From Callorhinchus milii (Eukaryota): a stretch of DNA of 64,000 nt. Shown here one piece after another: positions 21,660 to 41,400 of this stretch; positions within the stretch are counted from its first letter, which is position 1, and each line of letters begins with the position of its first letter. The translations under genes and the position numbers were made by a program. The stretch spans positions 3,162,001 through 3,226,000 of the forward strand of contig NW_024704770.1 of assembly GCF_018977255.1 (NCBI RefSeq), in the 5' to 3' direction. The notes beneath the pieces were generated by a model. The model searched no databases. It had not been told where the DNA came from and saw only the letters and a list, made by a program, of their open reading frames with translations.

Positions 21660-21980
21660 GTGGCGCCTGAAGCTCAATGCTTAGAGCCCTCGCCTCGCAA
21701 GTGAGAGATCTGAGTTCAATTCCAGGGCAGGTCCGGGCAAAATCTTAGGCAAGTTTCCTTACTCCACACACGCCTCGGTTTACCAGCAGTCAGTAGGAAC
21801 CCGGTTGTTAGTCGATTGGTGGATCGCTTTCTGGGGGTAATATTCCGTTAAATAAAATAACAATAATAATTTGACCACTTCAATCCACGGCTGTTTGTGG
21901 GATGTTGCTGTGTGCAATTGGCTGCTGCGTTTCGCCCACAAAATAGTCAATTCAGCATATTCTACAGTACATTCTGTGAA
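21660..21980 (+). mobile_element. tRNA-derived SINE, 3' end replaced by a GT-rich tract
   Basis: Head and body match the family. Confidence 0.75.
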
Positions 21981-21981
21981 A

Positions 21982-22232
21982 TGTGTGTGTGGGGGGTGTG
22001 TGTGTGTGGGGTGTGTGTGTGGGGGGGTGTGGTGTGTGTGGGGGGGGTGTGGGTTGTGTGTGGTGTGTGGGGGTTGTGGTGGTGTGGGGTGGGGTGTGTG
22101 TGGGGGGGTGTGTGTGGGGGGGTGGTGTGGTGTGTGTGTGAGGGTGGTGTGTGTGGGTGTGTGTGTGTGGGGTGTGTTGGTGTGTGTGTGTGGGGGTGTG
22201 TGTGTGTGTGAGGGTGTGTGTGAGTGGGGTGT
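21982..22232. repeat. G/T low-complexity tract
   Basis: Almost pure G and T. Confidence 0.9.
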
Positions 22233-23021
22233 GTCCTCTACACTTCTTTGTCCAATGGAGTCTGCAGCCAAGGAGATAAGGTATGAGATGGATTTTGCGT
22301 TTCCCAAGCTGGTGTCTGAACAAAAGCTCGGATGCGGGAGGTTGGAATTCTTTGCAAACTCCAGGTCAGTGCGATCGGTCGAGCTACGGAATAGATTATA
22401 GTTCTGCAAATCTGCGTTTTATCTTTCAGATGATGGAAGCTTTCCCGCTGCTTGTCCAGCTAGGACCACCCTACCCTACAGGCTTAACAGGAGCTGAGTG
22501 GGATGACTGGTCGGCCCTTCCAGGTCCTGCCGATGAGCCGGGCCGGGCTGTGCTGTCAGCAGCAGTGAGTGCCCTGGGATACTGTGGACCCTCCTGGCTC
22601 AGGGACCGGGGACTAGAGACCGTCACAGAGGCCTGGCTCCATTCCCACCTTCCATTGCCTGGCAGGTCACCTTGGAGCCAGTTCAGCCTCAAGGAAACCC
22701 CACTTACCTCCCTCCCAAGGAGGATACGGAACAGATGATGGAACGAGACAGGTACTGATGTGTGTATTCACCCCTGTCCTATATTGGACCGAGACAACGG
22801 ACACATCCTCCTTATCCTGGTAATCCTGGATTTAGATCTTGTGCCTAGAGAGCGTCAAAACGTCTCCAAGCGCTTCGCGGGGAATCTCTGACATAAAGTG
22901 TAGTGACTGTGTAATTGTAGGGAAACCACTGAGAGCCACTGTAAACACAGCCGTGAAACAAGCATATCCAGAGAATTGTCAGGGAGATCACAGGCAGAAA
23001 CAGCCGCTCATTTCTAACAGG

Positions 23022-23402
23022 ATAATAATAATAATAATCCTTGCATTTGATGCAGCGCCTTACCACGTCACTAAGACGTCCTAAAGTGCTTCACAGGATA
23101 ATACTGTAAAGTGAGCTGACTGTATTTTGTGGGCGAAACGCGGCAGCCAATTGCGCACAGCAGCGTCCCCACAGACAGTCATGGATTGAGTGACCAAATT
23201 ATTATTCTTTAAAGGATTATTATTCCCTGAAAGCGATCTGCCAATTGACAACTGGGTTCCTACTTACTGCTGGGTAAACAGAGGCGCGTGTGTCTGTGTG
23301 GAGTAAGGAAACTTGCTCAATGTTTTTTCCCTGGTGGGAATCGAACCCAGGTTCTCTCGCTTGCGAGGCGAGCGCTCTAATCACTGAGCTGCAGGACTCC
23401 AC
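23022..23402 (-). mobile_element. tRNA-derived SINE, full length
   Basis: Complete head, body and (TAT)n tail. Confidence 0.85.
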
Positions 23403-23528
23403 GTTTGCAAGCTATGCGGTTTTAGCTGGTTAGAATCCATTGCGCACTCTGGGCTCCCCCCACAATCCCTGGCTCTTGCCAACCTGTGCCTAATACTCTC
23501 CTGAATTAGGTAATCAGGAGGCGTCCCG

Positions 23529-23569
<41 letters not shown>

Positions 23570-24122
23570 CATTCCAACAATCTCTCTCTGAGATTTCCGT
23601 GTGTCGGTGGGAGGCTTGGAATTCTCAGCTTGGTTTGATGATGGGTTTCCGTGTGTATCAGATCAAAATAATCCCTCGAGACTTAGATGTGTGAGAGAGA
23701 GAGAGAGAAAAGGAAGAGAGAGCGAGAGAGAGTGTAACGTAATAAGATTATGTTACTGAGCAGTGTTTGTCGGGATCGCTGCCAAGAGGGAGGGAGGAAG
23801 GGAGGGAAGGAACTGGGAAGCGTATTTAAATGCAGGGTAGGAGGCGACAGAAAACAGGTGATTTATGTTCTAAAGCCCGCTCTCTCCAGCAGCCTGCTCA
23901 CTGCGCTGCACTGCATGACAGAGCTTCCTCCCTGAGCAGCACAAACAGGTTTGCTTTGACGGAGCTGCAGTGTGGCGTAGTAGCGCGTGCGATCATAAGC
24001 TGCCCTATCTGCTCAGACCTCTCTCCTGGGGTTTCTGTGCGAGCGGCACAACATGGGGAAGCCCCCAGCCTTGAACCCCGCCAGGACCCTGCAGCGTGCC
24101 GACAGGTGAAACCAGGTCGGAG

Positions 24123-32504
<8,382 letters not shown>

Positions 32505-33319
32505 TGTAATTACCTCCCCACCTCTCCTCCCTTCCCCCACTCACTCCCCCCACCACCACCCATTTTCCTCCATCCCCCCACACCACCACCCGAAAAGGTC
32601 ATTTACAAGACTATTTTACGACTTAAGAATGAAGATATTTGAATGTGAAAATGAATGTAAATGTGAATTCTCAGCGCTTCAGAACAGCCGAGGTTCAGTT
32701 TGCACATCTGATCTCTGTCCTCAAAGACTGTTCTGCACGGAAGCTTGTGTTCCCAGGGTCCCGCTCTGGATTTGATCCCGATCTCCCGATCTGCACTGGG
32801 GTCAGCTCCCAACCCGCACGAGAACCCTCATCAGAATCCACTCCCAATCCACACTAGAATCCACTCCCGATCCGCACCAGAATCCACTCCTGCACCAGAA
32901 TCCATTCACGACCTGACCAGAATCCACACCAGGATCAGCTCCCGATCCGTACGGGGAATCAGACACGAATGCTTTCTGCCTCACGTTCCCACTCTCACAC
33001 AAAATCACACCCATATATGTGTATATATATATACACTGCTATACAATCACACAGAAACACACTCAGACACACACACACTCATTCAGTGTGCCACACCCAC
33101 AACAACAACTTGCATTTACACAGCGCCCTTCACGCAGGGCAGCGTCTCAGAGCGCTTGACAGTAACGGAGCACGACACCGAGCCATGGGGAGGGAGGGGG
33201 AGGTGACCGTAAGTGCGGTCATATAGGAAGGTCTTCAGGCACGACCTGAAGATGGGGAGAGAAGGGACAAGACTGGAACTCGCTTGAGAAGCTGTGTTGA
33301 CTGGGAGAAAGGGTGGTGT

Positions 33320-33660
33320 TGTAGTCAGGTGGGCTCGACTCCTGGGCAGGGCGAAATGTTAGGCAAGTTTTCTCACTCCACACGTCTGTTTACCCACCAG
33401 TAAGTAGGAACCCGGTTGTTAATCGATTGGTGGATTGCTTTTCCAGGGGTAATAATCCCTCAAAAATAATAGTAATGTGTTCACTCAATCCACAACTGTT
33501 TGTGGGACACTGTGTGCACACTGTAACACTTGCTGTGTGCAATTGGCTGCCACGCTTCCCCCATGAAGTGTACAATCAATTGACTTACAGTACATTCTGT
33601 GAAGTGTTGTGAGACGCTTCAAAGACGTGATAAGGTGCTATATCAAAAGCAAGGTATTGC
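33320..33660 (+). mobile_element. tRNA-derived SINE in the probable SLC25A23 3' UTR
   Basis: Family body and tail. Confidence 0.75.
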
Positions 33661-34304
33661 ACAAGGCTTGATGTCCCCACTTTATCTGGGGGATTGATTA
33701 TGAAGAGCCAGCAATCTTCCAATCTGTCAGCCACCTCCCGAGTTGGGCTGTGCGTGGGAACTGTGCGCAAATCAGCCGTCACGTTTGCCGAACAAATTGA
33801 CAAGTCACCCCACTTGACTGCCATTCCTCGAGATGGTTTGAAATATAGGCATAAGATAGCTGAGACCTAAGAATTATTTCCTTTCCTGTCTCATGTTATT
33901 CAACCGTTGCTCGTCTTAAGACGTTCCCCCCCTAAATCCCCCAAGGGGTGAGTCAGCCCTTCAGTGATTTCTTGTTCTTTACCATTGACATCACCGAATG
34001 TTACAATATAAAATAGGCTATGGGGCTTTTCTTCACATGAGCTGCCCCATCTCCTCCCACCCTCCTTCTCGCCCCGCCTTGCACACCTTTGAATACTCTT
34101 CTTCGCACGTATGTACTTACTTATTTATTTATGTATTTATTTTTAAACGACTGTTAAATTATGGGTTTCCAAAGCATGAAGTTGTGAACTGCTGTGAAAT
34201 TTACTGGCTGCTCTGACGTGAAGGTGCACGTGCCCTTAGCTTGAAACGATTGTATAATTCTACTCAACGTCAAAGTACAGTTGGCATCCAGAGTTTTCAA
34301 AAGG

Positions 34305-34310
34305 AATAAA
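34305..34310 (+). terminator. Candidate SLC25A23 polyadenylation signal
   Basis: AATAAA followed by T-rich sequence, after an AU-rich tract (TTATTTATTT ~34121). Confidence 0.5.
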
Positions 34311-34949
34311 GTTTTTTTGATCTTTTGACTCTCTTAAGGCTGGCTTACTGCTGACTGCTAATATCATATCAGGACGTCCTCCCAACGTGAAAGGCACTGT
34401 GCAAATATAATTTCGTATTATATTGTAATATAGCAGGGAGGGTTACCCCCGCCCTCCCTGACCCCCACCCCTCCTGATCCCAATCCCTAACTATCCAGCG
34501 CCTTGGGACGTCCTCCCGAGGTGAAAGGCTCCGTGTAAATGTCATTTGTTGTTGTCGCTCATCTCGCTGTATCCAATGTCTGTCCGGTGGATGAGATTGC
34601 CGGGTGGTGGTGGTGGTGGGGGGGGGGCCACGTGTCTCTCTCTCGCTTCACGCCGTCTCCTTGACTCAGTCGCGTTCCTCTCTGGGGTCAGACGTGCCGG
34701 GTACCTCGAGCCCCAGGTCGGGACGGTGCCCGAGCAGTACAGAACGCGAGGGTTATTGTTGTCAGAATAAATAAGTAAACACCCCAAGTCATTGGGGGGG
34801 ACACGCGGCGGCCCAGGCAGCGTCTACGGAGGGGGGGAAATGAGTTAACGGTGCGGGTCGAGGAGCTTTTTGTCAGAGCCGTGGGCCGTTGGGGGTTTAT
34901 TTCCAATAATAATAAATTATTACTATTATTACCATCATCAAGTCCTTGT

Positions 34950-35476
34950 GAGCCATTGGTGAGCATCTCCAACGTGCCCCCCCCCCTCACACCAAGGGCA
35001 GATCCCGCCCTGCCTTTGCAGTGATTGGCCAATCCAGTGACGGGCGGGGGTGGGTGGCCGGCCTCTGCGTCCTACTGATTGGTGAGGCCGCGCTGTCAGT
35101 CGGGTGCCTTGCCTCGCAGCTCGCCCCGCTGATTGGTCCTGTCGCCCTGTCAATCAGAGCCCAAGGCCGCCGGGCAGGAAGCTCACGCCAATCAATGCCC
35201 GCCAGGGAGTGAGAGGGGGGGGCGCGAGAGTCCCGCACCCGGATTGGTCGACCGGGCTGTCAATCGGCCGAGCCCCGGGAACCCCGAGCTCCGGTTGGTC
35301 GGCACCCGCGTCCATCAGCGGCGAAGGGGGCGGATGTCCCGCCCTGCAGCCTCTTGGCGGCGTCCAGGTGGGAGCGGCGGCCATTACTGCCTCGCCGGCG
35401 CGGAGCGGCCCGTGAGGAACGGAGAGAGGCCCTCCCCCCCCGCCACCACCACCACCACCACCCTCAGCGAAAGCAA
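34950..35476 (+). promoter_or_regulatory. KHSRP CpG-island promoter with multiple CCAAT boxes, TALE (PBX/PREP) motifs and GC boxes
   Basis: ATTGG/CCAAT at 35024, 35029, 35078, 35132, 35188, 35243; CTGTCAATC at 35147 and 35257; GGGCGG at 35042; YY1-like GCGGCCATT ~35377; high CpG density through exon 1. Confidence 0.75.
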
Positions 35477-38400
35477 ATGGCGGACTTCGCGACAGCGGCG
35501 CCTCCTCCACACGCAGCCGGAGCCGGAGCGCCGGGCCCCGGGCCCGGGGGAGCGGCAGCGGCTTTCAAGAAGCCGGACGCTTTCGCCGACGCGGTGCAGA
35601 GGGCCCGGCAGGTCAGTCGGTGCGGTGGTGCGGGCGGGCGGGCGGGGTGGCCAACGCGAGGCCGAGGCTGCATCCGGAGCTGCTAGGCCGCGTCCGCCTG
35701 TGGGAGCACAAGGGGAGGGGGGAAGGCGAGGGAGGGAGACAATAAAGAGGCGCCTCCAGAGCCCGCCAAGCCGCGGGCCCGCCTCCAGAGGCCGCGAGCC
35801 CCTCTTTATTGTCTCCTCTCTCTCTTTCTCTCTCTCTTTCTTTCTTTCACACGTCAATAAATATTTAACAAATATATATCTGTGTATATAGATATATATG
35901 TGTTATATATTTTGATTATTTCCACCCACCGCCGCTCCCCCCCCCAAAAAAATCCCTTTTGACACACGTTCAGGCCCAGGTGCAGCCATGGAAGAGCTCG
36001 TCACCTTCTCCCTCAATTATATGTCTATATATATATATATAGATTTATTTATTATATATTTTATGTATATATATATATTTAATGTGTATTAATATATATA
36101 TATATTTTTTGGGGGTGGAGGAAGGAGACACCAAATGCTTTTCTTTTGCATTTGAACCCGATGTCAGGAATCCCTCTTGAGGTTAATTCTCGATCTCTTC
36201 TTTTATTCTATCCCTCTTGGTGTGTGTGGATTTTTTTTGTGGGGGGGGGGATCGGCGGCGGCGAAGGGGGGAGTAGAGGGGAAGCTTCTCTTCCACGTTT
36301 AACAGCACCAGTGATACTAATGCTTGCATTTGATTGTAGCGCCTTATCACGTCTTCCTGACGTCTCAAAAGCTCTTCCACAGAAAATATTGTAGTGTGGA
36401 TTGACTGGGTATGTTCTCGGGCGAAAATATTTACCCTCTCACCCACGACCCAGATGCCCAGATAGTAGGTGGGTTCAGTCCGCACAGCCACCCCTCGATC
36501 TTTTCAAGTAAGTCGTTTGACTCCTCCAGTCCTGCTCCACACTGGCATCGCTCTCTATCTACCTACCTCAGGGCAATTCAGGGATTGGCCGGGTAATAAA
36601 AGAACTAATTACTTACAGAAAATAATCTCTTTCTCCCCCAACTCCCCGGTGGGAAATAGATGGATGCACAGGTTGTGGTATTGGGAATATGGGAAGCTGA
36701 AACGCTCCCTGCTGTTGCCCCTCTTCCAAAGAGGAAATGTAAATTAAAATGTCCCTGATTCTCTTTCCCTTCTCCATCCCCATGCCCACGCACACACACC
36801 CCTAAAGTTTTCCATTTACCTGTTCTGATAGGAATAACATCCTAACCCCTGTCTCTCTTGAATCTCTTCCCAGTGTGGCCTCGGTGTCTCTTTTGTTTTG
36901 GGATTTGTTTGTCAGCGACGGTGATGGAGCCTTTCTGGGAGAAACTCTTGTCGCCGCTTTGTATAAAATGGACATTAAAGGATGGTTTGAGTATACACAG
37001 CTAGGCCTGAGTTTTGATAAACAGCGTATCTGTTTTAAAAATAGATTGACCCACGTTGTCCTGGAACCTCCCTTAACAGCTAAGTCTTACACTAGAGACA
37101 ATTACCAAATTAGCCACTGGGAACCCTTAAACATGGCATTGATCGTGGGCTAGATTCTGAGTCAAGCACTTACTCTAGTGTGACAGATCCCACTGTGGGA
37201 GAGTAAGTCTCCCCACTCCACCATGCATTTTCCACATTAATTGTCCTCAGCATTCAATCATTGAGACAGCCAAACTTAGTCATGATTTTGTGCTGGATCA
37301 CGTTCCCTGGAACTTGGTTGAGACCACCTGACCTTGGGTTCCTTAGCCTCTGCAGGGAGGGGAAACTTCTACCCCCTTGTTTTGAGCTAGCTACGAGCTA
37401 TGAGATGTCCAATGGAAAGTGAAAGGTAGGTTTGATGCTGTACGTTATTTTGGGAATGGGGAATGACAATTTTACTAGGCAAGTCTGCCCTGTGTTATTC
37501 AGAAAGCTGGTCGTGTGGAAGTACATTGTCTTCTCACGAGAGCATTGCATTGGGGGTGGAGGGGGAAAGGGGCAAGCAAATATGTCTTACAAGGGGGCAG
37601 TGAATAGGAAAACCAGAGAAAATCAGTGATTTACATTTTATTCCACCTATAATGTACTTCAAACTCCCAAGGTATCACATTGCATACTTCTGAGTCCATT
37701 CCCAGACTATTCTGTTGTACGTTTCCCTATCTGTTTTGAACCCACCATATTCCTCAATCTCCTCTTCCTGTGACAACTCATCCCATTGTCTATTGAACTC
37801 ATTTATGCTATTTGTGACAGTGATTTGTTGCTGGCATTTATTCCATTTGTTTGGTGCTCTTCGAAGCTACCTGTTCAGGGGTGTGAGACGCAATTTCAAG
37901 ACGGACACCAGGAAGAATTTACTTACACAGCGGGTGGTTTACAATTTGATTTGTTCCCTGGAAAGGTGGGCTGGGTTTCCGACACAGCTTGGTGCTGTGA
38001 TGATTGGTGTTTTGATGAGGGTGGAGTCAAATGGTTGCAAAATCTCTCATAATGTGAGGTTTTGCCTGAACTCCCCCATTTACTCATGAGTGTTTAAACT
38101 TGTTTACTGTGTTAATGAGGTGCATTCACTTTGATCAATGTGTTCACAGTTTTGAATACTCCTATGAGGTGTCACAAGGGGTCCTTTCCACTTATGCTCA
38201 ACTTTCTTACCTGTTCCCCCAAGCTCCTAATGTCATCTTAGTTGCCCTATTCTGCACCCTCCTGGAACAAGTCACCCATCTGCTCTAACACTGTCCATGC
38301 ATTCATTTCATGGGTGAACATTCTGAGCTTGCCTGCTTGTCTCCAGTTCAGAACATGTGTCTCCTTTTATATCCTATTTTATTGACTTAGCAGATCGAGT

Positions 38401-41400
38401 ATCATGCTACATTCGTTTGTCTCGGGAACCATCGTTGGTCTGGTGTTGGATTGCCTCTGTGTGAACATAAGAACATAAGAAGTGCTAGACGAAGAAAGAC
38501 CACGGTCCATTTAGTTCACCTTCCTGGCGGTCGCTTGCACATATGTCCCAAGCTACTTATGTACTATATTCCATAATGTTATATCCTAAAAGAAAACTAA
38601 TCTGTGTCGAAAGCCCACAATAATGTACTTGCCCACAATAATCCTCAGCCCTGTTCCTAACCACCTGCTAAGTCTTTTTCTTTGGCCTGTTTTTAAACTG
38701 CTGGTATTTGTGGCACAAAACTGAATCCTTTAGTTTTCCTTCTGTACGCCGGCTGTAGTGCTCCCACCATCTTGGTATCTATTATCAGCTACTCAGGCAT
38801 TGAACCAGGAACCTTACTGGTCTGTACTGTCCTGCACCCTAGCTCGCCGTCAGAGGGGCCCAAACAGGAGTTACTATTGGAGTTAAGATGGGATACAATG
38901 GAGAATGGCGCTTAGCAAGTAAATTCACGTTGGGTGTGACTGGTGGTATGGGGGTCAGCTCAAGGCCATAATTCTGTAAATGGCACATAAGCGATCCTGA
39001 GGCTGAACTGCCATGTGCTTCTTTCATTCAATTCCGAGCAGCTGGAAGTGGATTAGTTAGAATGAAAGATGAGGAATTGGCTTGTCAGTGGAGGAGGGAG
39101 ACATGCCTCTTCCACCGCCCTTGTCTCTTCACTCTTTGTCCCCGTGCCCCCCCCCCAACCATAGTGAATCATTTCTTAAATTAGGTTACGATATTTCCCA
39201 GTGTAACTCTAATCTGTAGAGACCCTGAGAGCTTGACTTTTAATCATCCTCAGTGCTATGTTAGCTTGTCTCACTCAGGCTTGTGTGATTGACTACAGTT
39301 CCCCTTCAGTTACAGAGGGGGAATCTCACGGCAACTCCGAGACTCTTAAAAATTAGGCTTGGCAGGTACTTCCAATGTTCTTCTCACTCCCTTGTACCTC
39401 CGAACTCCAGAAGCTACAGCCCAGGTTCTTTCCTCGCTTCCTCAAGTGCACTGGGGGGCTGCTCCATGTGAAGGGCGCTATATAAATGCGAGTTGTTGAA
39501 GGTTCCACACACCTAATCTGGCCAAGCTCCATTGCTTCCCGGTATCTCAGCATCTCTCTGCGGTCCAGTCTCCTGACAACACTAGTGGTCGTGCTTCACA
39601 CATGGAGAGTGACCACTGGATTGCTGGCACTTGAGCACACACACTGACAAGTTACCCTAGTAAGTAAGCGATGCCGGGGAGAGGAAGGGATTGGAAACCG
39701 ATGCCATGTTTAGCTCGTAAGCCGCACTGTTGGTTCAGAACTCGGACATTCTCCTTCTGTTGTTTTGCTCTCATCTGGATCGAACAAAGAGATCTGAATG
39801 AACTGTTCATTAATGTTGAGGTGACCTGGAATTACTGTGTCCAGCCAAAACCCTACAAAGTGGCTTTAATATGGTTTTTATGTTTTGCGGAGCTCGTCTT
39901 GCTATCTCTACAGACCCTTAGACGGGTTACTTGATCCAGCGGGTTATTTCCGGAGAATCATGCTTTTATGATTGTTGTTACCGTTGTTTCTTTTTTGTCT
40001 GCCTGTGCCGCAGATAAAAGTAATAATCCTTGTATTTGATATAGCGCCTTATCACGTCTTCGAGGCGTCTCTAAGCGCTTCACAGAATATACTGTAGAGT
40101 GAATTGACTGTATATTTTGTGGGTGAAACAAGATGGGTTACAGATGGATGTAAAGCAAATCCTGCTGCTGTTTCAGAGATTTTCTCTCCTATTATCACCG
40201 CTCGTACTCGCTCCCTCCTCACCCAAATTTATTGTCTGATCGCCGTACTCAGTTCCTGATCTTGTTTGTCGTGTCGGACGTCGTTGGTGTTGCTGTGCGT
40301 GTCTGCCTCATTGACAACATTCCCTTCATTTCGAATCGATTTTATTTAATTTAACAAGGGCTTTTATTTTGTTTGACATAAAAGGCGCTTGGTAAATGCA
40401 AGCTGTGAAGGGTGAGGTGCCCAAGCTGGGGAGTTCAGCATTGGCTGAGGACACATTGGTACCAGGTTGTTGCTGAGCTTCCACAGCTTGTTCACCTCCA
40501 CGCCCTTGTATTAATCTGCCGCAGGCTGCGTTCAAGCATTAATACTCCTAAAATAGTGCGTCTCCACGGGAAAAGGAGACCTCACTGAAATGCAGCGAGT
40601 GTCTGGGGAAGTTCTCCTTGTGCCTGATGTAGAACAAGTACCTCAGTAAAATGTTCCTGGGGCATTGCATGTTACTTACACGTCGTTTACTTGGACGCAG
40701 TGGCTTGTTTTATTTTAAAAGGAACCTTAGTGCGAATGCAGCTTCAACTTGAGAACATACTGTGTGGACCGAGGAAGAGAAAATGTGCTTTTTTTTAAAA
40801 AAAAATGAAAATTTGCAGCCACGATTGCTGCCCTTGAATTCAATGGTAGTTCAACAACAAGAGAGGAGAGAGAGAGAAAATAGACATTGAATGGTAAAGC
40901 CGCAGGGAGAGGGGAGGTGGGGAGAGGTTGTGAGCGGAGCTGAGTGGGAGCACGTCACATTAGCCTCGTTCCTCTCTTCGCATTAGCCTCTCGATAGGAT
41001 GTGGTTTTCAGCTCATCGTTTCCCATGTGGGATATTGGATCTTGCCTTATCGTGGGGGAGCGGGAGAGACTGACTAATTGAGTGTCATAAACAAGCTGAG
41101 AGCACATCACGTGCACGCCTGATCCTCTGCCGGGAACACCGAATCGAGCGGCAAGGAGATGGGTGAGGGAAGAGAATGTAAAATATAATAATCAATCCGG
41201 CGCTCAGTAAACATCTCCCGTTTCCTGTGCCCACCGTTTCCAAATCTGCTTTCGGAACGAGATGAGCAGTGAGCGCTCCCGGATCAGTGCGTTTGTCTCA
41301 GCTTCACCGTGCCTACTCCCTCGCTTCTTTCAAGACCCTCCCGATCGACCGCGCCTTCGGACACCCACGCACCTCCCTGCCCTCTGTCCCTCCTGATCCC

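Noticed and set aside
22708-22806. ATG 99 nt upstream of a strong minus-strand donor as a replacement coding exon 1 for CDC37
   Set aside because: In-frame TGA at codon 13 and no similarity to the CDC37 N-terminus
35133-35891. 252-aa ORF across the KHSRP promoter and exon 1
   Set aside because: Stop-poor CpG island; only 35477-35611, in another frame, resembles a known protein
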